Part shown: in pieces, positions 33,153 through 44,255 of the stretch
How the letters are laid out: every line of letters starts with the position of its first letter
Numbering within the stretch: the stretch's first letter is position 1
Source: Chloropicon primus
Lineage: Eukaryota
Assembly: GCA_023205875.1 (NCBI GenBank)
Contig: CP060765.1
Location: forward strand, 1 to 64,000
Direction: 5' to 3'
DNA: 64,000 nt
Made by a program: the position numbers and the translations under genes
Notes under the pieces: model-generated
What the model was told of the DNA's origin: nothing
The model's database searches: none
What the model saw: only the letters and a program-made list of their open reading frames with translations

Positions 33153-33989
33153 TCAGTGGATCTTGACCGCAATGGACCTCAACCTCTCGTCGCACTTGAG
33201 GAGGCGGTCGATGTGCTTGGTCAGCACCCCCGGTGCGAAGAAGAGCCTATGGGGCCGGCACAGCGAGGCCTGGCCTTCGGTGAAGTCGTCCCTCTTGACC
33301 CACATGGTGTGCCTCCTGGGCTGGGGGTCGCTCTCCTGCTTGAAGCTCGGGGCGTTCGCCAGCTCGATCTCGAGGAAGGCGCTCCTCTGCGGGGGCGTCG
33401 AGTAGGACAGCTTGGAGATGTCGCTCCAGCAAATCTCGATCTTGCTCTTCGTCCCGTGCTCCTGCAAGACCTCCCACACGAGCTTCTTCTTGGCGTAGTA
33501 GCACTTGGCGATGAGCTCCCCCTCGTGGGTCGCCACCTTCTTCCACTTGCCGATCTGCAGGGTGGAGGCCGGGAAGTTGCTCGCCTTCATCCTCGGGGCC
33601 CCCGGGGAGCCTTGGCCGCCGAGCGACAGGTGCGACGAGGTCATGGAGCTGGAGCTGGTCGCGGCCTCCTGCCCCTCGGTCCTCTGTCCCCTGTACGCGG
33701 GCAGCCGCATCGCAGGCCCACGTCCCAGGACGCCCTCCCCTCCCGGGTTCGCTCCCAACGTGATGATGTTCTCCACCTGGACCCTCGACGTCGACGCCCT
33801 TGTCTGCTGGGACAATTCCGACAACTCCTTCTGCATCATGTTCACCTGACTCGGCGTCTTCTTCAGCTTCAGTCCGATGGGCATCGCGGGAAGCCTCGTG
33901 TTCTTGAAGTGCTGCCCCAGCGTGCAGTGGTCCCAGGGGTCCCCACCCACGTGGTGGTGCGTCAACCCGGACCCCGTCCTCCTCTTCTC

Positions 33990-34029
<40 letters not shown>

Positions 34030-34211
34030 TGTTGCTTTTGTTGTTTTTGTTGCTTTTGTTGCTGGTGTGGCCGGGTTTCACACTTCTTGTTCTTCCACCT
34101 CCTCGTCTTCGTCGTGTTGGTCACAGCGTTCTTGAATTTGACAATGGGTGAGGCCACCGCCTGCCTCCTCCTCCCCTTCCCCTTCCCCTCCTTCCCCTCC
34201 TCCTTCTTCAT
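33153..34211 (-). CDS. Poly-Q protein with a plant-type uncharacterised PH-like domain (start uncertain)
   Basis: PIGLKLKKTPS; MKASNFPA..LQIGKW; LIAKCYYAKKKLVWEVL; KSKIEICWSDI; PQPRRHTMW...DFTEGQAS. Confidence 0.75.
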
Positions 34212-34526
34212 CCCCAACCCAACCGATGACCTCAACCTCACGTCACACCGAAGCGAAGCAGCGCTTCGTCCCACCAGAGCGCCCTTCCCTCCGTCCCTCC
34301 GTCCCTCCCTCTCGTGCGTTGCGCTCCCTTGCGTCCTCGTCGTCGTCGTCCTCCTCGTCGTCGTCGGCGTGGGTTTATCCAGTTTGTGTTCTTTTTTTTT
34401 TTTTTTTTTTTTTTTTCGTTTTTAGATAAGGGAAAAGAAAGGAGAACGCGGCGCCTCTCTGTCACATGCACACCATCGGCCACGTGCCGTCCCCTTTCCT
34501 TTCCTCCGGATCCACTTTCGAACCCA

Positions 34527-34890
34527 AACACAACAGCGCAGGGGCGTCACTCACGGAGCAACACACAGGAGCAGGAGAAGAGCAACACTAACGGGCGAGC
34601 ACGAGGCGTAGCTCCAAGTCCACAACACAACAGCGCAGGGGCGTCACTCACGGTGCGCCGGAGCGAGGAGAAGAGCAACACTAACGGGCGAGCACGAGGC
34701 GTAGCTCCAAGTCCACAACACAACAGCGCAGGGGCGTCACTCACGGTGCGCCGGAGCGAGGAGAAGAGCAACACTAACGGGCGAGCACGAGGCGTAGCTC
34801 CAAGTCCACAACACAACAGCGCAGGGGCGTCACTCACGGTGCGCCGGAGCGAGGAGAAGAGCAACACTAACGGGCGAGCACGAGGCGTAG
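34527..34890. repeat. 93-bp tandem repeat, about 3.8 copies
   Basis: Unit gaagagcaacactaacgggcgagcacgaggcgtagctccaagtccacaacacaacagcgcaggggcgtcactcacgg... recurs every 93 bp. Confidence 0.95.
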
Positions 34891-34893
34891 AGG

Positions 34894-37749
34894 ATGGTTG
34901 GGGCGAGGATGAGGGTAAGGGTGAGGGTGGGGGCTCCGTCAGGAAGCAACACCAGGAGGCATACTTATCCTCAACGTGATCATGGGTGGAGGACAGCTCG
35001 GGAGGAGGGGGTGAGGGTGAGGGCGTCAGGAAGGAACACCAGTGGCGGTCCTCATCGTCATGGTCCTGGTCGTAGTGATAGGCGTGGTGGTTGTGGTTGT
35101 GTTGTTGTTGGAGCGTCTGTGGCAGGGAACCCGAGGAGCGCGCAGGAGGCGAGTGGAGGGCCGGACGCGGAGTGGAGGGCCAAGGGGAAGGGTTGGACGG
35201 TGTGGAAGTTCGGGGGAACGTGCGTGGCCGGGCCGGATAGGCTCGTCAAGGTCGCGGAACTCTTGAAGAAGGACATGAGTGAGGGGAACAAGCTGGCAGT
35301 GGTGCTGAGCGCCATGGGGTCGACGCCGGAGGAACCGGTCAAGGTGACCGACCAGCTGCTTCGGGCGGTCGGGAACGCGGCGGACAGGAGCGACGATTAC
35401 AAGGCGGACCTGGAGAGGCTGGAGGAGATGCACATCAAGGCCGCGATGCAGCTGCTGGGGGACGAGGCCGGGGGTCTGTTCGAGGAGTACGTGGAGATGC
35501 TCAAGGAGGATATCAAGAACCTCAAGTCGATGCTCAAGGCGGTGACCATCGTGGGCGTGAGCTCCTCCGCGTTCAGCGACTTCGTCGTGGGCCACGGCGA
35601 GCTCTGGAACGCCAGGCTCTTCACGGCCTTCTTGAGGACGAGCGGGCTGGTGAGCGCCAAGATGGTGGACGCCAGGGACGTCCTCGTGGTCGAGCCCTCG
35701 GAGCAAGACACTGTGGAGGTGGACTACGTGGACAGCGCCAGGAACTTGGACGCCTGGTACAAGGACAACATCTCGGAGGAGGAGGGCAACTGCCCCATCG
35801 TGGTGACGGGGTTCATCGCCAAGAGGAGGGACGGCAGGGCCACGACCTTGAGGAGGAACGGCTCGGACTACTCGGGGACCATCATGGCCGCCCTGCTGAA
35901 CGCGGACAGCATCACCATCTGGACCGACGTCGATGGGGTGTACAGCGCCGACCCAAGGAAGGTGAACGAGGCGGAGCCCCTCAAGCACCTGTCCTATAAC
36001 GAGGCGTGGGAGCTGAGTTACTTTGGGGCGAACGTCCTGCACCCCAGGTCTACCATCCCGGCGATGTCCAACGGCATTCCCATCAGGATCAAGAACTTCT
36101 TCAACGTGGACGCGAGGGGAACCCTGATCGACTCAAAGAAGCCCGAGTACGACAGCACTGATCTCCACAGGGGTTACAGGTGGAACAAGATCGTGAAAGG
36201 TTTCGCGACGATAGACGATTGCAGTCTGATCAACATCGAGGGGACGGGAATGGTGGGCGTGCCGGGTACGGCCAGCAAGATCTTCAGCACGATCAGGGAC
36301 GCGGGGATCAACGTGATCATGATTTCCCAGGGCAGCTCGGAGCACTCCGTGTGTTTCGCCGTCAAAAGCAGTGACGCCAGACTCGCGCAGCAGCTTCTCA
36401 AGACGAAGTTCGATGAATACATCCAGAGCGGCCTTCTGGACGACGTGAGCGTCTTGGAGAACTGCACCATGTTGGCTGCGGTCGGCTCTAACCTTCAGGA
36501 CGCGGTAGGAGCCGCGGCGCACATGTTCGCTGCCTTGTCCAAGTCGAGGGTCAACATCAGGGCCATTGCGCAGGGGTGCTCGGAGCACAATATCACCGTG
36601 GTCATCGACTCGAAAGATGCCAAGAAAGCTTTGGAGTGCGTCCATTCTGCGTTTTATCTCTCGGACGTTACAGTCGCGGTTGGGCTGGTGGGCCCAGGTC
36701 TCGTGGGAAAGACCCTCCTGGAGCAGTTCAACCAGCAGCTTCAGGTCTTGAAGAAGGAAAGGGGCGTGGATATCAGGGTCTGTGGAATCGCTAGCTCCAA
36801 GAAGATGCTCTTGTCCGACTCTTACATCAACTTGGACACCTGGGAGGAGGACTTTGAGAAATGCTCCCGGCCAAGCGATTTGACAGAGTTTAAGGACCAC
36901 TTGCTGTCTTGCTCCATGCCGATTCCGGTGATCGTTGACTGCACCGCAAGCGACTACGTTTCGGACTACTACCAGCAGTGGATGGAGAGCGGGGTGCACG
37001 TCATTACCCCGAACAAGAAGGTCAACTCTGGGCCCTTGGAGAGGTACAACGCGGTCAAGAAGCTTCAGGAGGAGAAGCACGTCCACTACTTTTACGAGGC
37101 CACGGTAGGCGCGGGCCTCCCTGTGATCGCTACAATCAAGCACTTGATGGATACTGGGGATCACATCAAGAGCGTCGAAGGAATCTTCAGCGGGACTCTG
37201 TCTTACATCTTCAACAACTTCAAGAGTGGGACCAAGTTTTCTGACATCGTCAAGACCGCCAAGGAGAACGGGTTCACGGAGCCTGACCCGAGGGACGACC
37301 TCTCGGGCACTGACGTGGCCAGGAAGGTGACCACCTTGGCAAGGGAATCCGGCGTTGGGCTGGAGCTCTCGGACATCCCGGTGGAGAGCCTCGTTCCAAA
37401 GGAGCTGGAGTCCTGCAGCTCGAGCGAGGAGTTCATGCAAAAGCTTCCAGAATTCGATGACCAGATGACAAAGCTGCAGGAAGAGGCTGCCGCGGCCGGC
37501 GAAGTCTTGCGGTACGTTGGCTCCGTGGACGTGGCAACAGGAAAAGGAACGGTTTCGCTGAAGAGGTACCCCGAATCCCACCCTTTTGCCCAATTGAACG
37601 GCACCGACAACATCATTCTGTGCGTGACGGATCGCTACGACCCCCAGCCCCTCGTGATCACCGGTCCCGGCGCGGGCGCCGAAGTCACTGCCGGCGGGGT
37701 GTTCAGCGATCTTATCAGGCTGTGCTCCCACTTCGGAGCTCCATCTTAA
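34894..37749 (+). CDS. Bifunctional aspartokinase/homoserine dehydrogenase, plastid-targeted
   Basis: KFGGT; TTLRRNGSDYS; WTDVDGVYSADP; two ACT domains; GPGLVG; YEATVGAGLP; TEPDPRDDLSG; GPGAGAEVTAGGVFSD. Confidence 0.97.
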   Translation: MVGARMRVRVRVGAPSGSNTRRHTYPQRDHGWRTAREEGVRVRASGRNTSGGPHRHGPGRSDRRGGCGCVVVGASVAGNPRSAQEASGGPDAEWRAKGKGWTVWKFGGTCVAGPDRLVKVAELLKKDMSEGNKLAVVLSAMGSTPEEPVKVTDQLLRAVGNAADRSDDYKADLERLEEMHIKAAMQLLGDEAGGLFEEYVEMLKEDIKNLKSMLKAVTIVGVSSSAFSDFVVGHGELWNARLFTAFLRTSGLVSAKMVDARDVLVVEPSEQDTVEVDYVDSARNLDAWYKDNISEEEGNCPIVVTGFIAKRRDGRATTLRRNGSDYSGTIMAALLNADSITIWTDVDGVYSADPRKVNEAEPLKHLSYNEAWELSYFGANVLHPRSTIPAMSNGIPIRIKNFFNVDARGTLIDSKKPEYDSTDLHRGYRWNKIVKGFATIDDCSLINIEGTGMVGVPGTASKIFSTIRDAGINVIMISQGSSEHSVCFAVKSSDARLAQQLLKTKFDEYIQSGLLDDVSVLENCTMLAAVGSNLQDAVGAAAHMFAALSKSRVNIRAIAQGCSEHNITVVIDSKDAKKALECVHSAFYLSDVTVAVGLVGPGLVGKTLLEQFNQQLQVLKKERGVDIRVCGIASSKKMLLSDSYINLDTWEEDFEKCSRPSDLTEFKDHLLSCSMPIPVIVDCTASDYVSDYYQQWMESGVHVITPNKKVNSGPLERYNAVKKLQEEKHVHYFYEATVGAGLPVIATIKHLMDTGDHIKSVEGIFSGTLSYIFNNFKSGTKFSDIVKTAKENGFTEPDPRDDLSGTDVARKVTTLARESGVGLELSDIPVESLVPKELESCSSSEEFMQKLPEFDDQMTKLQEEAAAAGEVLRYVGSVDVATGKGTVSLKRYPESHPFAQLNGTDNIILCVTDRYDPQPLVITGPGAGAEVTAGGVFSDLIRLCSHFGAPS

Positions 37750-37886
37750 ATTTTTATGGGACTTCGTCGTAGGTTTTTTGTTTTTGCTTGTTTAGTTTTA
37801 GTTTTAGCTTTCTATTACATCATGTGTTACACTCTCACAAGAGTCAGCCTCATTGATCCGATTGCTCCCTCAGTCAACTTCAACTC

Positions 37887-40800
37887 TTACTTTGTTCTTT
37901 GATCTGACAACCACTGCTCTATTTTCTTCTTCAGCTCGACCTCGGGCAACAGCATATCCGGGGTCAGCTTCGACCTGTTGAAGGGGTCTGTCTGGTCCGA
38001 CAGCAAATGCCTTTGGATTGTGGATCGATCCATCACCATCTTGCTGCTCGGCAGAATGACAGGATCCGTCATCAGCGTGTATTGGATCGGGTCCAGGAAC
38101 TCGTCTGGAATCTCACCAAGCATCTCTTCCTCCTTCGCATCTGCAGCCACCTGGCTTTGCAGTTTTTCTATGAAGGAAGCAAAGTATTCATTCTCGTTGA
38201 CAGAGAGAAGTCCGTACTTTTCTGCGATGGTCTGAGCTTCCAGGAACAGCTCGTGGCTGTAGCTTCTCCCGTCCCGTGCTACAGAGGAGCCAAAATTCCC
38301 ACCCTCGACCTTTTCGTCTGCCACGGCGAGGTGCATGTAAATCTTCATGATCTGGCTGAGCATTTTTCTTGGGTCCCATCCGTATTTCTCGGGGTTCCTG
38401 ACCTTGAGCTGCTTCCTCTCCGGGCCAACGAGAAACCGCAGAAAATAGTTGAGCATGGTCGCAATTCTTTCCACCATCTCTGGCAGCAGAAACGCCTTGG
38501 TGATCTCCCGGGTGGTGTACTCCATCAGGTCGATGTGCACGTTTGCGAGCAGGAGGTCTTGCCTCAGAATGTCCTCGCTCTGCCTCAACTGTTGCTCCCT
38601 TTCAGACTGCTCCTGAGGAGGTTGGCTGTTCCACATGTCAATGTTGTCCATGGCCTCAAGCGTCTCCCTGACCTCTGGGAGCTTCTTCATCCCTTCGTCC
38701 AGCAAGTAAATCGCATCGTTCACCAGCATGTTCACAAACTTGAGGTAAAATCCGTCGGCCTGCTCGTTGGCCAGGGCCTTCCAGTTCGCCCTGTGCACCG
38801 GAATGCTCCACAGGTACTCGAGCATCTCCCCAATGTGATGCCTGATGTTGAACTTGTCGTAAAACTGGGTGTTGCTGCCAGTGAACTCAATGTCGACGTA
38901 GAGCTTGAGAAGGTTTGCTACGAGGGACTTTTTCCCAATCTCGTGGAACTCGAAGAGGTTTGCCATCTTGCTTACCAAGGGGTGAGTGACATTCGGAGGG
39001 GGCACCCAGTGGTGCAAAACGTCCACCATCTTGGCCCTCAGGTAAGGGTTGTGCACGAAGTCCGGCTTACCCGTGAAAACGACTAGGAAGGTCATGAAAG
39101 CCTCGAGGTCCTCATCTTGCAGGACGCGGGGCTGCCTCTCTGCGACTCTTGCCGTGAACAGGAGCAGCTCTGCGACGTCGTCGACAAAAAACTCTGGGAG
39201 CATGTGGAAGACTTCAGGCGGCTTTGCGTCCACTTCCATGGCGCTGGCCGCAGGATCAGCATTCCCTCCTCCGCCATCCTCCGGGACGAACCTGAACAAC
39301 CAGGACCCCACCAGCTTGTAGTACAGCAGCGCCTGGTGCAAGATTCCTTCCTCTTGTATGGCACACTCGTAGCACAAATGCATCTCCTTGTGCTCAGATA
39401 TCCACGCCTCCAGTTGCTGGACCTGCTGCTCAGTCTGTCTCCGGTAGGGCCCACTTTGCCAGGCCGCCTGTGTGGACTGCAGCCTCCTCAGCATGTGCTG
39501 GTGCCTGCTCAGCTCCTTCATGTTGTCCAAGAAGTCCCTCACCGATTTCATGAAGCCCAAGTGCATCACCTTGGCCGTCATAAAAAAGCAGTCACAGATG
39601 AAATGGTATGGGTAGCCCCCGCCATCCCCCTCGACCTTTTCCCTGCCCCCCAGCCACTTGTTGTACTCTTCCAACGACGCGGCACATCTCGTGTCCTCCT
39701 TGAACGCCTCCTGCAGCCTGCTTCCCTGGAAAACGAAATCCACGTTCACTTTGTCATAGGCCTTCCCGTATCCCTTGAGCGGGTCCATGAATGGACCGCA
39801 CAGGTTGAGCATCACCGAGCTCAAGTTGAAGAAGAACCCATGCGTGGCGCACTTGAGCAGGTCTATCCTCATCTTAGCCCTCCCCTTTGCGTTGTCCTCT
39901 ATGGCCCTGGCAATCCAGGAGAGGATGCCCTCCCTGACCTCCCCTCCCATGCGCAGCAGGCTCAGCACGAGCTCCTGCAGGCTCTGCTGCACGATCTTCA
40001 TGCTCTGGCGCAAAGTCCTCACGGCTACTGCCACTTCCTGCTGCGCCCTCACGTCCCGCTCCTCCGGGACCCTAAGCAGCTGCCTTATGGACGGCTTGCC
40101 GTTGCCAAAAATGTCGGGCAGCGTGCTCACCTTGAAGAAGGGCCCCAGGAGGGACTCGTACTCGATGCTCCTTCCGGTCGTGAGCCTATCGAGTGGGAGC
40201 CAATCCTCGCTCCTGACGCAAGCGAGCGCCACCTCCTTGCAGCTCAGCAGAAGAGTGCACAAGTTAAGGGGCTTCTGAAAATCGCCCAGCGGGCTCACGT
40301 TCACCACCGACTTGCCCAGCTCTTTGATCACCGGCACGATGATCTGTGCCAGGGTCTCTTCCCCGCTGAACCGCCCCGCAAAGTCGACGAAGAACCTCTG
40401 AGGGATCTGGTTGCTCATGAGGGCGTCGTAAAGCTGAAGCACGCCGCGGTTCTCCTGCTCGTCCGTCTGAGGGAACATCCCCGGGATGGTCAGCAGAAGG
40501 CCCACGTAGGAGACGATCAACGTGTTGAGCTGGACGAGGTTCTCCTCCAGGGCGTTGGTCTCCTCCTCGGCGTCGGCGGTATCTGCGGGGCTCTTGTCCC
40601 GCTTGGCGGGCGAGGGACTCGACGCACCACCAACCCCAGCGAAGCTCCCGCTCGACCTCCTCCCATCAATCCTCCTGAACTCATCCAGGCACCTCTCGTA
40701 GCAGCCCAAGAGATAACTCAGCGAGGACTCCTCCCCCTGGGTCCCCTCTGCGAGTCTCGTCATGAGAACCTTCTCAGCTAGCGTCACCGGCTCCGTCGTC

Positions 40801-40919
40801 GTCTTCGTCGTCGTCGCCTCCGTCGTCGACCCACCACTTTCCTCCTCCGACACAAGCGGCCGGCCAAGCACCAACCCAAACGTCCTCTCGATCCCTCTCA
40901 TCCATTCACTCGGCGCCAT
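37887..40919 (-). CDS. UFD2: U-box E4 ubiquitin-chain elongation factor (UFD2/UBE4B)
   Basis: [24 protein letters not shown]-terminal U-box [21 protein letters not shown]...[13 protein letters not shown]. Confidence 0.95.
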   Translation of the reverse strand: MAPSEWMRGIERTFGLVLGRPLVSEEESGGSTTEATTTKTTTEPVTLAEKVLMTRLAEGTQGEESSLSYLLGCYERCLDEFRRIDGRRSSGSFAGVGGASSPSPAKRDKSPADTADAEEETNALEENLVQLNTLIVSYVGLLLTIPGMFPQTDEQENRGVLQLYDALMSNQIPQRFFVDFAGRFSGEETLAQIIVPVIKELGKSVVNVSPLGDFQKPLNLCTLLLSCKEVALACVRSEDWLPLDRLTTGRSIEYESLLGPFFKVSTLPDIFGNGKPSIRQLLRVPEERDVRAQQEVAVAVRTLRQSMKIVQQSLQELVLSLLRMGGEVREGILSWIARAIEDNAKGRAKMRIDLLKCATHGFFFNLSSVMLNLCGPFMDPLKGYGKAYDKVNVDFVFQGSRLQEAFKEDTRCAASLEEYNKWLGGREKVEGDGGGYPYHFICDCFFMTAKVMHLGFMKSVRDFLDNMKELSRHQHMLRRLQSTQAAWQSGPYRRQTEQQVQQLEAWISEHKEMHLCYECAIQEEGILHQALLYYKLVGSWLFRFVPEDGGGGNADPAASAMEVDAKPPEVFHMLPEFFVDDVAELLLFTARVAERQPRVLQDEDLEAFMTFLVVFTGKPDFVHNPYLRAKMVDVLHHWVPPPNVTHPLVSKMANLFEFHEIGKKSLVANLLKLYVDIEFTGSNTQFYDKFNIRHHIGEMLEYLWSIPVHRANWKALANEQADGFYLKFVNMLVNDAIYLLDEGMKKLPEVRETLEAMDNIDMWNSQPPQEQSEREQQLRQSEDILRQDLLLANVHIDLMEYTTREITKAFLLPEMVERIATMLNYFLRFLVGPERKQLKVRNPEKYGWDPRKMLSQIMKIYMHLAVADEKVEGGNFGSSVARDGRSYSHELFLEAQTIAEKYGLLSVNENEYFASFIEKLQSQVAADAKEEEMLGEIPDEFLDPIQYTLMTDPVILPSSKMVMDRSTIQRHLLSDQTDPFNRSKLTPDMLLPEVELKKKIEQWLSDQRTK

Positions 40920-41408
40920 CCTCTCTCTCTGTCTGTCTGTCTGTCTGTCTTTGTCAGTCAGTCTGTCTTTCTGTCGTGAGGATGCGGAACTCCTCCGCCA
41001 AGTGATCGATCGAGTGGCCGCTCAAGCTTCAAGCGGAGCGCCAAGGTGTTCCTCGTCCCGCGCTCCTCTCCTCCTCCGCCCCCCTCTCTCTCTCTGCCCC
41101 TCTCGTTGTGAGGTGAGTGATCGCCTCTGAGGAATGAATCCTCACCACGAGGTCGTTCGCTTCAAGGGAGGGCTCCTTCGAAAGATAAAGACGCGCCGCT
41201 TCCGATCGCGCACCCTCCTCCCCCTCTCCCGTCCCCACGCGACCCACGATCGCCGCTCCTCTCCTAGCCCTCTCCCTCTCCCGCGATCGCGATCGATCAA
41301 AACAAAAGTGAAGTGAAGTGACGGCGAAGACGAAGAAGCAGAAGGGAAGGGGCAAACGATCGCACGAAGACGAAGACGAAGACGATCGATCGCGAGGAGG
41401 GGAGAAGG

Positions 41409-42545
41409 ATGGCGAAGACGGTGAAGACGATCGGGACGCACAGTGGGACGTTCCATTGTGACGAGGCTCTCGGTTGCTTCCTTTTGCGAAGGACGAAGCT
41501 CTTTGCGAATGCCAAAGTGACGCGTACGAGGGATGAACAAGTCTTGCAAAACTTGGACTGCGTGATCGACGTTGGCGGTGTTTACGATCACGGCAAGCAT
41601 CGTTACGATCACCATCAGCGGGGTTTCTCCGAGTTCTTCGGCCATGACGCGTACCACAACACCAAGCTGAGCAGCGCTGGTTTGGTTTACCGTCACTACG
41701 GGAAGGAAGTGATCGCGAGGGAGACGGGTCTGGATGAGGAACACCCGGACACAAACGTTTTGTTCCTTGCCATGTACAAGCACTTCATCGAGGGAGTGGA
41801 TGCGATTGATAATGGGGTCGAGCAGTACCGTGCCAAGGTGGAGGCGAAGCAGAGTAAGAGGCAGAGGACGGGGGGGGAAGGGGAAAGGGAAGGGGAAGGG
41901 GAAGGGGAGCAGGAGGAGGAGGAGGACGTGGACTACGAGGTGACGTTGGAGAAAGTTTACTTGGAGGGGACTGGGCTTGCTAGCAGGGTTGGGGCGTTGA
42001 ACGCGGCGTGGAACGAGGATGCGAGTGCCGAGGTGCAGGACGCGAGGTTCAAGGAAGCGAGCGAGATGGCTGGGAAGGAGTTCCTCAGCAAGCTCACTTA
42101 CCTGCACCGCTCTTGGCTCCCAGCGAGGGAGATCGTCAAGCAAGCGATGATCAGCAGGTACGACGTTGACGACTCTGGGAAGATCATGAAGCTGGACCGG
42201 TACTGCCCCTGGAAGGACCACCTGTTCGAGCTCGAGATGGAGGAGTGGAGGGACCACCCGGAGGGGGACATGCCTCGGGTTCTGTACTGCCTGTACGAGG
42301 ACGACAGGGAGAAGAAGTGGAGGATCATGAGCGTGCCGGAGCTCGGGGGAAGCGCATTCAGCCAGAGGAAGCCCCTTCCAGGGCACTGGTGCGGTTTGAG
42401 GGACATCGCCCTCGACGCCGTAACGGGCGTCCCGGGTTGCACCTTTGTCCACGCCGCCGGGTTCACGGGTGGTCACTCGACCTACGAGGGCATCGTCAAG
42501 CTCGCCCAGATGGCGATCACGGACACCTGCTGTTGCTGCCAGTGA
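41409..42545 (+). CDS. MYG1: MYG1-family exonuclease
   Basis: IGTHSGTFHCDEAL; DVGGVYD...RYDHHQRGF; KLSSAGLVY; DAIDNG; FVHAAGFTGG. Confidence 0.93.
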   Translation: MAKTVKTIGTHSGTFHCDEALGCFLLRRTKLFANAKVTRTRDEQVLQNLDCVIDVGGVYDHGKHRYDHHQRGFSEFFGHDAYHNTKLSSAGLVYRHYGKEVIARETGLDEEHPDTNVLFLAMYKHFIEGVDAIDNGVEQYRAKVEAKQSKRQRTGGEGEREGEGEGEQEEEEDVDYEVTLEKVYLEGTGLASRVGALNAAWNEDASAEVQDARFKEASEMAGKEFLSKLTYLHRSWLPAREIVKQAMISRYDVDDSGKIMKLDRYCPWKDHLFELEMEEWRDHPEGDMPRVLYCLYEDDREKKWRIMSVPELGGSAFSQRKPLPGHWCGLRDIALDAVTGVPGCTFVHAAGFTGGHSTYEGIVKLAQMAITDTCCCCQ

Positions 42546-42939
42546 TATGGCGAAAGACATCGCCGCAGGAAAGAAAATAAACAGTGATTTATAGATGGCC
42601 AACCACCTGTGACCAATAATCTGCACTAAGGCTTCACTTGGCTTGGCCTGCAAGTCGCGAGGATTCTCTTCCACAAGGTTCAGAAACTCTTGTGCGAGAT
42701 CCTTACATCCAAGTCTTTTCAAAGATCCTCTCTTCCCCCTCGTTACTCTCCTGAGCGTCTTGTTCCTCGCTCCCTCCCCTCCCCTTCGCCCCGGCCTCAA
42801 TCCAAGATCTCACGGCGTTTGTGGCTCACGATTGCCCTGCAGCAGCAAGCGACGAGGACGAGGACGTGGACGACGAGCGAGACAGAGACAGAGACAGAGA
42901 CAGAGACAGAGACAGAGACAGAGACAGAGAGCGTGAGTG

Positions 42940-43764
42940 ATGAATGAGATGAAGGCCATGAGGGTGATGAACGTGCGTGCGCAGCAAGGGATCTCATCGA
43001 GGAGGCACACCACGAGAATGATGGCCGCGCAGCAAGGAACTCTGATGAGATCCTTCACCCTCCCTTCGACCAAGGGTGGGAACACCAAGGTTCCCGCGAA
43101 GAACGGAAGCGTCGTGTTCTTCTTCAATAAGGTGCGTTGCCGTTACAGTCCAGGGACGCTCCGTCGCATTCGTGTGTGACAAGATCGTGTTCGGTTCTCG
43201 TCCTGGGACCGACTGGGATCGAACCACGGGAGGAGGCGTTCGCTGCGTTCGCTCTTCTCTTTTCCGCCCGCCCTTGGTAGGGATAGGACCACGGATGGAA
43301 TCGTTTTATTTTCTGACTCCCTCTTCACCTTTTTGTCCTCCTGCATCATCACCCTCCATCATCGCTAGTCTGACACGCCGGGCTGCAAGGCCGAGGCGGA
43401 CACCTTCGACGAGCTGTACGGCGAGTTCAAGAAGAAGGGAATCCAGGTGGTTGGTATCTCCATGGAGGACGTCGATGCGCTCAAGAAGTCGAACGAGGGA
43501 AGGAAGGTCGAACTGCTCAGCGATGCGGACGGCGCCGTGTCCGAGCAATTCGATAGTGAGCTCAAAATCCCTCTGATTGGCGCCAAGCTTGGCTTTAGCG
43601 CGAGGAACACCTTTTTGCTCTCGAACAAGGGCGAGGTCCTCAGCGTGTGGCAGGAGGGCAAGAGCATGGGAAACGTGAAGAACGGCAAGCATGCCCAGCA
43701 GGTACTGGACTCGGTGGAGGAGAACATCAAGTCGTCCAATCCTCTCGCGGTCCTCTTCAGCTAA
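42940..43764 (+). CDS. Peroxiredoxin Q/BCP-like, 2 exons (42940-43131, 43369-43764)
   Basis: Spliced VVFFFNK-SDTPGCKAEA (peroxidatic TPGC); VVGISMED; LLSDADG; RNTFLL. Confidence 0.8.
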
Positions 43765-44255
43765 ATTTTTTCGGAGCACCATTCATATATTTTGTTTTTG
43801 TGTTGTTTTTGTTTCTTTTTTGTTGTCGCGCATCGTCTTTTCGTATCCTTGTGCGGGGCGAGGCTGTTGCCCTGTCCTCGCCTCATTATTCACACGCACA
43901 CACACGCCCGCCCGCCCGCACGCACGCAGGAATCTCTTCAAATGCCCTGATGCAGGCTGCATCGTGCTCGCACTCGACGCGCGTGAGGAAGGAAGGACCA
44001 ATGCCGTGACCACCATCGAGCCGAACCACGTTTGCCTCCATCCCCTTGTCCTTTCCTCCATCGAAGACGTCTCCGATGTGAGGGAGAGGACCACCTTTGC
44101 CTTCCTCATTCTCTCTCTCATATCTCTCAACCGTTGACGTTGAAACGGCTGGGGGCAGAAAAAGAAAAATTTTGAATTCAACCGACAGAAACAGAAAACG
44201 GTCGTCGTGAGGCGCCAAACCCCAAGCCAACGAAGGGAGACGACGTGACGTGAGG

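Noticed and set aside
34527..34890. Possible CRISPR array or coding repeat (ORF 34314-34979)
   Set aside because: Whole units are identical with no variable spacers, and the ORF runs through low-complexity and poly-T sequence.
36133..37731. Long antisense ORFs (also 39117-40781, 41142-42800, 44178-45866, 22045-23442)
   Set aside because: They are shadows of GC-rich codon bias on the opposite strand of well-supported genes.
42527..42545. CCCCQ C-terminus of MYG1 as a lipidation signal
   Set aside because: It may just be a short TGC/TGT repeat, and there is no conservation evidence in the window.
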